DNA of 64,000 nucleotides, from assembly GCA_009103225.1 (NCBI GenBank), contig RHPI01000810.1:977080-1041079 (forward strand). Reading direction: 5' to 3'. The position numbers were made by a program, and so were the translations under genes. The stretch comes from Chlorokybus atmophyticus (lineage: Eukaryota; Plantae; Mesostigma and Chlorokybus algae). Shown piece by piece: positions 9,035-20,172 of this stretch; positions within the stretch are counted from its first letter, which is position 1; every line of letters starts with the position of its first letter. The notes under the pieces are model-generated. The model had not been told where the DNA came from and searched no databases. It worked only from the letters and a program-made list of their open reading frames with translations.

Positions 9035-11381
9035 TGTTAAATGTTATAGCTTGTTGAAAGTACATGTATAGGCGGCGCCTACATGTAGTCGGTACGATCA
9101 GCTTAACCTTCATAGTTACGGGAGTTACGAGAGTTAGGAGAGTTACGGGAGTTACGGGAGTTACGAGAGTTATGGTCAACCATGGTCAACTTTGACTTTG
9201 ACCGTTGACTTTGACCATTGACTAATGTTGACTAGTGTTGACTTTGACCAGAGTTGACTAGAGTTGACTAGTGCTTAGTAGCATAGTATATAAGACACTG
9301 TATACTGCTTAATACAGTGGGTCGCACATTGTCTCTATAGTTGGCGTGCTTGTTGCACTTGTCCTTAGTGTGTGCACACTTGTATGTAAGAGGCAAATAC
9401 ACACACACTAGGCGCATCACTAGTTCTCAACAGGTTATGGGCCCACACTCGCTTGTGTGATCGCTTGTGCTAGTGAGAGAAAGTGTTGAGCATAGGCGCC
9501 TACTAGTAGAGTGTTTTTGGGGAGAGGGTGAGTTGTACTATTCTGTAGCAAGTAATGGCTGACACTGATAGGATGCCCATCGAGTCCCTTGATCTGCACA
9601 ACTACGCTTCATGGTCGCTGGAGATGAAGTTGGTGCTGATCCGCAAGAAGCTTTGGAGTTTTGTCGACCCCACCTCCTCCACATCATTGCGGCCAAGAAC
9701 AGGTGACACTGGTACCTGGACAGAGAACTCACAATCAGCTTTTGCGCTGATAGGCTTGCACGTCAAAGACTTCCATCTCCCTCTTATTGCGGATTGCAAG
9801 ACTGGACGTGAGGCGTGGGAGGTCTTCGACACCCTCTTCAAGGCCAATAGCAATGCGCGCAAGTTGCAGCTGAGACGCAAGCTGACACTTTTTAAGATGG
9901 AGCACAACGAGCCAATCCAGAAGTACATCTCGCGTGCAAGGGAGCTTTGGCAAGACCTTGCAGCAGTGGGCCACGACGTGAAGGAAGAGGAGGTGATGTG
10001 GGCAGTCTTAGCTGGCTTAGGAAAGAGCTTTGCAACGCTAGTGACTGTGTTGGAGTCCTCAGATGTGGTTTTGAAGTTTGCTGATGTAGTGCCTAAGCTG
10101 CTAGCTGTGGAAGGCAAGTTGGATGTTCATGAGATAGAGAATGGTGGAGAACCTATCGCACTTTTTGCCTCATCTTCTCAACACACACGAAACAGGAGCA
10201 AAGCAGGTGGTGGGAAGCCATCACGTGACAAAGAGTGTCACTACTGCAAGATGAAGGGCCACTTCATTCGCGAGTGCCAAAAGAGGATCCACGATGAGGC
10301 AACCAAGGAGGAGCACGCCACGATGGCGATTGCTTTCTAGCATTGGTGAGGACCTCAAGGAGTTGCAGTGGATGGTGTTCGTCCGTCCTCTCCCACTGCA
10401 AGGGCGCGTGAAGGACATGCGCAGACGGAGGTCGTAGACACAAAGGTCTGTGAGAGTTACTGCTAGCCTATGAGTAGTTACTGGTGTTGAGCTGCATACA
10501 CTAGAGGTTGCATTGCTGTGGAGTTGCTTTTTGGTAGCACACAGGTGTGCGGTACTGGATAGAACACTTCAATTGATTGGCATGCAAGGACTGAGTTGTA
10601 TAGCTAGCTAACAGGAGATGGGAGGGGTGCTTTCCTTGGTAGAAGGGTCTGATCAACCCTTGCACGGCCTACACTCTGGTACAGCATTGCTAAGGTAGAG
10701 AACTCAGTGTAGTTTATAGCATAGTTTGCCATTTAGGGAGTCTTCGAAACCACTTGAGCAAGGTCAGGCGTGGCGTGGTGGAACCTAATGCGACAACTAT
10801 GAGGAGGAAACAAGGAGTATTGAAATCTTGTAATGCTGGTGGCAGCATGAGGAGAAAGATGGTGTCATGGAGACAAGCATCGAGTCCGTGGGAGCAACAG
10901 ATCCGTTGGAGTGTTCAATGGAGTAAGTTAATGTGGGTAAGCTTGCGAGAAGATCTTGGAGTTCAAGGTCAAGCTGCTCGCGTGGGAGTGTTAAATGTTA
11001 TAGCTTGTTGAAAGTACATGTATAGGCGGCGCCTACATGTAGTCGGTACGATCAGCTTAACCTTCATAGTTACGGGAGTTACGAGAGTTACGAGAGTTAC
11101 GGGAGTTACGGCAGTTACGGCAGTTATGGTCAACCATGGTCAACTTTGACTTTGACCGTTGACTTTGACCATTGACTAATGTTGACTAGTGTTGACTTCG
11201 ACCAGAGTTGACTAGAGTTGACTAGTGCTTAGTAGCATAGTATATAAGACACTGTATACTGCTTAATACAGTGGGTCGCACATCGTCTCTATAGTTGGCG
11301 TGCTTGTTGCACTTGTCCTTAGTGTGTGCACACTTGTATGTAATAATACACACACACTAGGCGCATCACTAGTTCTCAACA
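9035..11381 (+). mobile_element. Family A element (inner, nested)
   Basis: LTRs 9035-9432 and 10989-11381; TSD AGATC at 9030-9034 and 11382-11386. Confidence 0.95.
9555..10340 (+). CDS. gag: Copia Gag, 261 aa, intact
   Basis: Near-identical to the 4608 gag; zinc knuckle retained. Confidence 0.92.
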   Translation: MADTDRMPIESLDLHNYASWSLEMKLVLIRKKLWSFVDPTSSTSLRPRTGDTGTWTENSQSAFALIGLHVKDFHLPLIADCKTGREAWEVFDTLFKANSNARKLQLRRKLTLFKMEHNEPIQKYISRARELWQDLAAVGHDVKEEEVMWAVLAGLGKSFATLVTVLESSDVVLKFADVVPKLLAVEGKLDVHEIENGGEPIALFASSSQHTRNRSKAGGGKPSRDKECHYCKMKGHFIRECQKRIHDEATKEEHATMAIAF

Positions 11382-11851
11382 AGATCCGTGGGAGTGTTCA
11401 ATGGAGTAAGTCAATGTGGGTAAGCTTGCGAGAAGATCTTGGAGTTCAAGGTCAAGCTGCTCGCGTGGGAGTGTTAAATGTTATAGCTTGTTGAAAGTAC
11501 ATGTATAGGCGGCGCCTACATGTAGTCGGTACGATCAGCTTAACCTTCATAGTTACGGGAGTTACGAGAGTCACGAGAGTTACGGCAGTTATGGTCAACC
11601 ATGGTCAACTTTGACTTTGACCATTGACTTTGACCATTGACTAGTGTTGACTAGTGTTGACTTTGACCAGAGTTGACTAGAGTTGACTAGTGCTTAGTAG
11701 CATAGTATATAAGACACTGTATACTGCTTAATACAGTGGGTCGCACATTGTCTCTATAGTTGGCGTGCTTGTTGCACTTGTCCTTAGTGTGTGCACACTT
11801 GTATGTAAGAGGCAAATACACACACACTAGGCGCATCACTAGTTCTCAACA

Positions 11852-12480
11852 GGTCTTGCTGTATCATAGCTCCCACAGTTGTGTCGGATGCGTCACAAGT
11901 TACATTGAAGGGTTTATCCATATCGGGGTGAGCCCAGACGGGTGCCTCTAATAACGCCTTCTTCAATGCAGCAAATGCATGCTCTTCCCTTAAAGACCAG
12001 CTCCAAAACTTCCCTTTCTTGTGTAGGGTGGTCAAGGAGGCTGCACCGCACGAAAATCCCATAAAAACCTGCGATAATCCCCGCAAGGCCCAAGCACGAC
12101 ATTATCTCCTTGACGTTGGTTGGGGCAGACCATTCGCACACCACTTGCACTTTGTTGGGTCCGGCATAATCCCTTCGTGTAATACAATGTGGCTTAAGTA
12201 CTCCACCTTGCATAGCAGTAACGTGCACTTATATAGCAAAGCACAACTTGTGCTCGCGTAAATATTGCAACACGCGAAGACTCACATGCTCGTCCCTCGT
12301 CTTCGTGTACGTTAACATGTTGTCGAGGTACACGGGGACTCCCTTACCCAGCAAGTCAACAAAAACGCTGATCATCAATGTCTAAAATGTCGCTAGTGCG
12401 TGCGTAAGCCCAAACAAAATCACTAACCACTCATAATGTCCACAGCGCACATTTAACGCTGCGCTTTGCGTGGGCCGCTT
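11852..12480 (-). pseudogene. pol: Ty3/gypsy reverse transcriptase fragment
   Basis: Minus strand GHYEWLVILFGLTHALATF, VYLDNML (YLDD-like), FNVTCDASDTTVGAMIQQD. Confidence 0.88.
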
Positions 12481-12814
12481 CAAGCAATTAAATGTTAACT
12501 ATTATGTTGAACCGCACACGTAACACTTGCACACGCTGCTACTTGCTTCACCACGTCCACCGTGCTTCGCCACGCCGTTACACGTGTGTATGGCACCCAC
12601 CTCGATTGGTGATGGTTAAATAAGCTCCACCTTCCTTTGCACGCTGTGAATTTTTTGCCCCTTGTGTCCATGCATGTTGAAAGCTTCTCCCCTAGACTGA
12701 TTACCACGCTCTTGCTTGCTCCCACGCCTGCAGTCAGCATTTGTTGCAAAAGACTTGAAGTACAACGCGATGAGACACTCCGCGATGCGTATAGTTGAAT
12801 TGCTTGCATGGGAG

Positions 12815-13130
12815 TGTTAAAGGTCTCTATGTAGGTGGCGCCTTAACTAAACTTCTACGATCAACTTATTTTCGAAAGTTATGGTCAACGGTCGTTGTGG
12901 GAATTACGGCAGTTATGGTCAACCTTGGTCAACGTTGACTTTGACCATTGACTTTGACTTTAACTAGTGTTAACTTTGACTAGAGTTGACTAGTGTTGAC
13001 TAGTGTTGACTAGCACTCATAAGTGTGCTATATAAGACACTGTCTGTTGTGTAATACAGTAAGATCCACTCTGCTCTATTGTCAGCGCCACACTTGTGCT
13101 TGTCGTTGTTGCTATTGTGCAATCTTAATA
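12815..13130 (+). repeat. Family B LTR, second copy
   Basis: Near-identical to 3582-3897, with the same CTTAATA end and the same junction into gypsy integrase. Confidence 0.85.
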
Positions 13131-13462
13131 GTGCACTACAAAGCGTCTACCAAAACTTACTTGTGAAGCGGGGATCATGATAGCTCACAATGCTTCATGG
13201 TAGTCCGTGCGAACGAAAGACATGCTTCATAACAAGCTTGCTGCCTCTGGTGCCGTGCCAAATCCACAACACGGTGCTGAATGTACCATTTTGCTAATTT
13301 TGTTAGTGAATACGAGTATTGCGTGGTACCCTTTTGTTGTTTTCGTTAACCCCGTCATAAAGTCCATAGTAACTTGCTCCCTCTTGGACAATGGCACGGG
13401 AAGAGGTGGCTGCAACCCACCTGGCTTTTGGTTGCTTGCTTTCACCCTTTGACATGCGTCGC
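13131..13462 (-). pseudogene. pol: Ty3/gypsy integrase fragment (uninterrupted duplicate of 3898-4087 plus 6417-6558)
   Basis: QVTMDFMTGLTKTTKGYHAILVFTNKISKMVH. Confidence 0.88.
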
Positions 13463-13830
13463 ACGACTAGGACATTGATGCTTGAAGCGACCACACTCGC
13501 CACAACGCCAACACTCCTTGCCGTTACCATAAGAGCCTTTCTGCACCAAAAGCTGTAGCTGCTCCTAATCCTTCTTCCCACCCTCTCTTTTGCAAGCGCT
13601 GCTCTCTTTGAAGAAGCCGTGATAATACGCCATCAAGTGTTAACTCCTCCGTGGCAGACTCCATGATAGTCACCACCACCTTGTACTCCTTTGGCAACCC
13701 GTACAACACAACCCACACCACTTTTTGCTCCTTTAGCTCGTGCCCAACACTCAACAAGTCCTTCTACAGCGCCTTTGCTCGCGCCACGAACTTGGTGATG
13801 GGCACCATGCGCCGAGCTGTTGCCAATAAT
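13463..13830 (-). pseudogene. gag: Copia gag fragment of a more distant family
   Basis: KDLLSVGHELKEQKVVWVVLYGLPKEY aligns by eye with family A QDLAAVGHDVKEEEVMWAVLAGLGKSF; decayed knuckle CWRCGECGRFKHQC. Confidence 0.75.
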
Positions 13831-13839
13831 GCTCATATG

Positions 13840-14760
13840 TTTTACTTGCTGGTGTCGACACTAATGAGGCGGAGGCACAAACTCTTGGCCATGCTCTTGG
13901 ACAGCACGTGCATCGCGTCCATAACAGGATCACGCACAGGGTCAAACCCGTACAATTTGTCAAAGCATGCTATAAGAATTGATCCCCCACTGTCGAGTAA
14001 CGCCTGCCGCCTCTCCTTTTTCCGTAGGTGGCAGTCCAATAGCATCTAGCTTGTGCAACTCCGCACTACGCCTGGCCAATTCAGCCGTGCGTGTTATGCC
14101 CCCCCCCCCCCCCCCCCCCCCCCCNCCTACGTGCCATGCTGCCCCCCCCGCTCGTCGAGTGGTGATGGAGCCTTTTATTATCATCGTATATGTAGAATGA
14201 GGACATCTCAGCTTTCTTTACATAGACAAAGGTGTTGTCGGGTTGCTGGATGCAACGGTTGCGGATTGTCTTTGGGACCTTCACACCCTTGAGCAGAAGG
14301 CGTTGGCAGGGAATGCGTGCCTGCATACCATTGAAGCGCCCGACGTGACACTGCATCGGGTGATCTCCCGTCCACAGCATCAGCATGGCATGAAGACACA
14401 ACTTGCCCGCTTCGCCCTTTGAAATGGGCCTTATATAGTCAATGGCGACGCCTTTTTCAAACAGATCTTGCAGCTCATAGATCAGAGGCTTACGCAAGGG
14501 GTCCATGTTATTTTAGCCCGTAGGCACATTGTCTGCTTGAATAAACATGACTGGCATTAGCGAGTCGTTGCGGCACGCTGTTGCTGTGCCTGCATGCGAG
14601 CCGGCTGAAATGTCCTGGTACGCAATGCATAAAGTGGTCATCATTGAAATTAATTGTCAATGCAACACAGGAACTGTAGGCGCAAGTTTTGGTAATGGGT
14701 TGTTAATACAGCATGCACACGACATGCACTATTGTCATCTTGAGTACCGCTATTCAGTAC
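13840..14760 (-). pseudogene. CACTA/EnSpm-like transposase remnant
   Basis: MDPLRKPLIYELQDLFEKGV (Tnp2-like PL.DEL..L..GV), LWTGDHP...C, FDPVRDPVMDAMHVL; several frameshifts; poly-C/N at ~14100-14126. Confidence 0.6.
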
Positions 14761-15779
14761 TGTTGAGAACTAGTGATGCGCGTAGTGTGTGTGTATTTGC
14801 CTCTTACATACAAGTGTGCACACACTAAGGACAAGTGCAGCAAGCACGCCAATTATAGAGACAATGTGCGACCCACTGTATTAAGCAGTATACAGTGTCT
14901 TATATATATACTATGCTACTAAGTACTAGTCAACTCTAGTCAACTCTGGTCAAAGTCAACACTAGTCAACACTAGTCAATGGTCAAAGTCAACATTGACC
15001 ATGGTTGACCATAACTGCCGTAACTCCCGTAACTCTCGTAACTCCCATAACTATAAAGGTTAAGCTGATCGTACCAACTACATGTAGGCGCCGCCTATAC
15101 ATGCACTTTCAACAAGCTATAACATTTAACACTCCCACGCGAGCAGCTTGACCATGAACTCCAAGTTCTTCTCGCAAGCTTACCCACATTAACTTACTTC
15201 ATTGAACACTTCCACGGATTTGATGCTCCCACGGACTTGATGATTGTCTCCATGACACCATCCTTCTCCTCGTGCTGCCAGCAAAACTACAAGGTTCCAA
15301 TACTCTTTGTTTCCTCCTCATAGTTGTCGCATCAGGTTCCACCACGCCACGCCTGACCTTGCTCAAGTGGTTTTGAAGACTCCCTAAATGGCAAACTATG
15401 CTATAAACTACACTGAGTTCTCTACCTTAGCAATGCTGTACCAGAGTGTAGGCCGTGCAAGGGTTGATCAGACCCTTCTACCAAGGAAGCACCCCTCCCA
15501 TCTCCTGTTAGCTAGCTATACAACCCAGTCCTTGCATGCCAATTAAGTGAAGTGTTCTAACTAGTACCGTACACCTGTGTGCTACCAAAAAACAACTCCA
15601 CAGCAATGCAACCTCTAGTGTATGCAGCTCAACACCAGCAACTACTCATAGGCTAGCAGTAACTCTTACAGACCTTTGTGTCTGCGATCTCCGTCTATGC
15701 ATGTCCTTCACGCGCCCTTGCAGTGGGAGAGGACGGACGAACACCATCCACTGCAACTCCTTGAGGTCCTCACCAATGC

Positions 15780-16558
15780 TAGAAAGCAATTGCCATCGTG
15801 GCGTGCTCCTCCTTGGTTGCCTCATTGTGGATCCTCTTCGGGCACTCGCGAATGAAGTGGCCCTTCATCTTGCAGTAGTGACACTATTTGTCACGTGATG
15901 GCTTCCCACCACCTGCGTTGCTACGTGTGTGTTGAGAAGATGAGGCAGAAAGTGCAATTGGTTCTCCACCATTCTCTATCTCCTGAACATCCAACTTGCC
16001 TTTCACAGCTAGCAGCTTAGGCACTACATCAGCAAACTTCAAAACCACATCTGAGGACTCCAACACAGTCACTAGCGTAGCAAAGCTCTTTCCTAAGCCA
16101 GCTAAGACTGCCCACATCACCTCCTCTTCCTTCACGTCGTGGCCCACTGCTGCAAGGTCTTGCCAAAGCTCCCTTGCACGCGAGATGTACTTCTGAATTG
16201 GCTCTTTGTGCTCCATCTTCAAAAGTGTCAGCTTGCGTCTCAGCTGCAACTTGCGCGAGTTGCTGTTGGTCTCGAAGAGGGTGTCGAAGACCTCCCACGC
16301 CTCACGTCCAGTCTTGCAATCCGCAATAAGAGGGAGATGGAAGTCTTTGACGTGCAAGCCTATCAGCGCAAAAGCTGATTGTGAGTTCTCTGTCCTGGTA
16401 CCAGTGTCACCTGTTCTTGGCCGCAATGATGTGGAGGAGGTGGGATCGACAAAACTTTAGAGCTTCTTGCGGATCAGCACCAACTTCATCTTCAGCGACC
16501 ATGAAGCGTAGTTGTGCAGATCAAGGGACTCGATGGGCATCCTATTTGTGTCAGCCAT
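15780..16558 (-). pseudogene. gag: Family A gag with two premature stops
   Basis: TAA replacing W near 16457; TAG after RDK at 15884. Confidence 0.88.
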
Positions 16559-17803
16559 TGCTTGCTACACAATAGTACAACTCACCCTCTCCCCAAGAAC
16601 ACTCTACTAGTAGGTGCCTATGCTCAACACTTTCTCTCACTAGCACAAGCGATCACACAAGCGAGTGTGGGCCCATAACCTGTTGAGAACTAGTGATGCG
16701 CCTAGTGTGTGTATATTTGCCTCTTACATACAAGTGTGCACACATTAAGGACAAGTGCAGCAAGCACGCCAACTATAGAGACAATGTGCGACCCACTGTA
16801 TTAAGCAGTATACAGTGTCTTATATATATACTATGCTACTAAGTACTAGTCAACTCTAGTCAACTCTGGTCAAAGTCAACACTAGTCAACACTAGTCAAT
16901 GGTCAAAGTCAACATTGACCATGGTTGACCATAACTGCCGTAACTCCCGTAACTCTCGTAACTCCCATAACTATAAAGGTTAAGCTGATCGTACCAACTA
17001 CATGTAGGCGCCGCCTATACATGCACTTTCAACAAGCTATAACATTTAACACTCCCACGCGAGCAGCTTGACCATGAACTCCAAGTTCTTCTCGCAAGCT
17101 TACCCACATTAACTTACTTCATTGAACACTTCCACGGATTTGATGCTCCCACGGACTTGATGATTGTCTCCATGACACCATCCTTCTCCTCGTGCTGCCA
17201 GCAAAACTACAAGGTTCCAATACTCTTTGTTTCCTCCTCATAGTTGTCGCATCAGGTTCCACCACGCCACGCCTGACCTTGCTCAAGTGGTTTTGAAGAC
17301 TCCCTAAATGGCAAACTATGCTATAAACTACACTGAGTTCTCTACCTTAGCAATGCTGTACCAGAGTGTAGGCCGTGCAAGGGTTGATCAGACCCTTCTA
17401 CCAAGGAAGCACCCCTCCCATCTCCTGTTAGCTAGCTATACAACCCAGTCCTTGCATGCCAATTAAGTGAAGTGTTCTAACTAGTACCGTACACCTGTGT
17501 GCTACCAAAAAACAACTCCACAGCAATGCAACCTCTAGTGTATGCAGCTCAACACCAGCAACTACTCATAGGCTAGCAGTAACTCTTACAGACCTTTGTG
17601 TCTGCGATCTCCGTCTATGCATGTCCTTCACGCGCCCTTGCAGTGGGAGAGGACGGACGAACACCATCCACTGCAACTCCTTGAGGTCCTCACCAATGCT
17701 AGAAAGCAATTGCCATCGTGGCGTGCTCCTCCTTGGTTGCCTCATTGTGGATCCTCTTCGGGCACTCGCGAATGAAGTGGCCCTTCATCTTGCAGTAGTG
17801 ACA

Positions 17804-18478
17804 CTATTTGTCACGTGATGGCTTCCCACCACCTGCGTTGCTACGTGTGTGTTGAGAAGATGAGGCAGAAAGTGCAATTGGTTCTCCACCATTCTCTATC
17901 TCCTGAACATCCAACTTGCCTTTCACAGCTAGCAGCTTAGGCACTACATCAGCAAACTTCAAAACCACATCTGAGGACTCCAACACAGTCACTAGCGTAG
18001 CAAAGCTCTTTCCTAAGCCAGCTAAGACTGCCCACATCACCTCCTCTTCCTTCACATCGTGGCCCACTGCTGCAAGGTCTTGCCAAAGCTCCCTTGCACG
18101 CGAGATGTACTTTTGGATTGGCTCTTTGTGCTCCATCTTCACAAGTGTCAGCTTGCGTCTCAGCTGCAACTTGCGCGAGTTGCTGTTGGCCTTAAAGAGG
18201 GTGTCGAAGACCTCCCACGCCTCACGTCCAGTCTTGCAATCCGCAATAAGAGGGAGATGGAAGTCTTTGACGTGCAAGCCTATCAGCGCAAAAGCTGATT
18301 GTGAGTTCTCTGTCCAGGTACCAGTGTCACCTGTTCTTGGCCGCAATGATGTGGAGGAGGTGGGGTCGACAAAACTCCAGAGCTTCTTGCGGATCAGCAC
18401 CAACTTCATCTTCAGCGACCATGAAGCGTAGTTGTGCAGATCAAGGGACTCGATGGGCATCCTATCTGTGTCAGCCAT
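17804..18478 (-). pseudogene. gag: Family A gag truncated just before the zinc knuckle (224 aa)
   Basis: GAG>TAG after RDK; the same stop is present in the neighbouring unit. Confidence 0.88.
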
Positions 18479-18989
18479 TGCTTGCTACACAATAGTACAA
18501 CTCACCCTCTCCCCAAGAACACTCTACTAGTAGGTGCCTATGCTCAACACTTTCTCTCACTAGCACAAGCGATCACACAAGCGAGTGTGGGCCCATAACC
18601 TGTTGAGAACTAGTGATGCGCCTAGTGTGTGTATATTTGCCTCTTACATACAAGTGTGCACACATTAAGGACAAGTGCAGCAAGCACGCCAACTATAGAG
18701 ACAATGTGCGACCCACTGTATTAAGCAGTATACAGTGTCTTACATACTATGCTACTAAGCACTGGTCAACTCTGGTCAACTCTGGTCAAAGTCAACACTA
18801 GTCAACACTGGTCAATGGTCAAAGTCAGCGGTCAAAGTCAAAGTTGACCATGGTTGACCATGACTGCCGTAACTGCCGTAACTCTCCTAACTCTTGTAAC
18901 TCCCGTAACTATAAAGGTTAAGCTGATCGTACCAATTACATGTAGGCGCCACCTATACATGTACTTTCAACAAGCTATAACATTTAACA

Positions 18990-20172
18990 GCAGGCAAGTA
19001 TGGATTGGTTTACAACCACTGTTCTACCCATGATATACAGGTAGTAGCGGGACCATAGTTGCAACTGGCCTTGGATTTTCTTCACGACTGCTGCAGGGAG
19101 ACCTATAGCGGCACCCGTAGCATAACATAGCAGCATCCCTATGTGCTAGCCAAGAGACCCCAGCGCAGAGGAGGGGGGGAGCGGCGTGCAAGACTCAACA
19201 TGATGCCTACCGACTTGCGATATTCAAGAAGAGAGTCCGAAGCAATAGTCCGCCATGATGTTTGTAAAATTCAATAACTGCACCAATCATTGCAATGAGG
19301 ATGGCCATGTCATCAAAAAAGGCATACTATCAACGCTCCCCCACATCTTTCATGTCGCATGCAGCACCCTCCTATATATCATCATCGGAGGGGAGAAGGC
19401 GGAGACCCATAAGAAAGGAAAAGGGACGTAGCATCTAGCCCAACGCTTCTGATGCAAGATTGAAGACAGAGTATGGCACCACTCAAGCGGAGGGGGGAGT
19501 GAGATTCTTCGCGATGCCCCCTTTGACCTGCCCGAGCAATGTGGAGCTGCAGCTATAGTGTAGCGTCTGCAGAACAGGAGGCATTAACGGGCGCAGTGGA
19601 GACATCCTTCATGAAATGTACCACCCAAACATCCAATGCGAAGGGGTTCTGTTGAGAGCTGAAAAGCGCGGAAACTTCATTCCATCAGACCCACGAGGCC
19701 ACCACCATTCCGCCCATCATGGTGCACGCAGCTGACACCCGTGCTCCAGTGCATCTTCACGCTACAACAGCAGCGCGACCCCGGCAGAGCGAACGGCTGA
19801 GGGTGGGAAGGATGCATGCGCGTCACACCCAACCACAAGCACGAGCTCGCATATCGCAGCAGCAAGGAGTGGAAAAGCACCGTGGGCTGCTTGCCAAGAG
19901 ATGCATTCCAAGCACACGAGGACGGAGGGTGTAACGGGAGCAATAATAATCAGGGTATTATTGCTACCTACATAACACATTCTGTATGAATAAGTATATA
20001 ATATATGCTTATTTATACCTCTTTTCTACGATTCCTCGCTGAAAGGCTTGTCATAGGCGGTGTGGGTGTTGGGTAGAGGATTGAAGGGGCATCACCGGCG
20101 ACGGTGGTGCTGTTACAGAGGGGACCGAGAAGGTGAGGGTGCAGATTGGTGCTGCCCAGCTGGTTCCCCGCC
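18990..20172 (-). pseudogene. L1-type LINE RT remnant, duplicate of 35908-37108
   Basis: KKIQGQLQLWSRYYL..GRTVVVNQSILAC; FFDDMAIL; ends at N-gap 20173-20195. Confidence 0.7.

Larger units (their letters stand above)
7190..11851 (+). mobile_element. Family A element (outer), interrupted by a second family A element
   Basis: LTRs 7190-7569 and 11472-11851 (both 380 bp, share a private GAGTCACG unit, 1 mismatch seen); TSD GGTCT at 7185-7189 and 11852-11856; gypsy RNase H reads through when the block is removed. Confidence 0.95.
14761..18989 (-). mobile_element. Family A tandem LTR-int-LTR-int-LTR, period exactly 1920 bp
   Basis: LTRs 14761-15131, 16681-17051 and 18601-18989; PBS beside 16681 and 18601; flanks AGTAC/GCAGG do not match. 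Confidence 0.93.

Noticed and set aside
7190-11851. Apparent four-LTR tandem array (TA-TRIM-like)
   Set aside because: Two independent TSD pairs (GGTCT, AGATC) and LTR-specific variants show a nested insertion instead
14099-14126. Long C homopolymers (also ~37110-37136, ~38436-38447, ~56983-57000) as G-quadruplex or telomere-like signals
   Set aside because: Three contain an N, so lengths are unreliable and probably assembly artefacts
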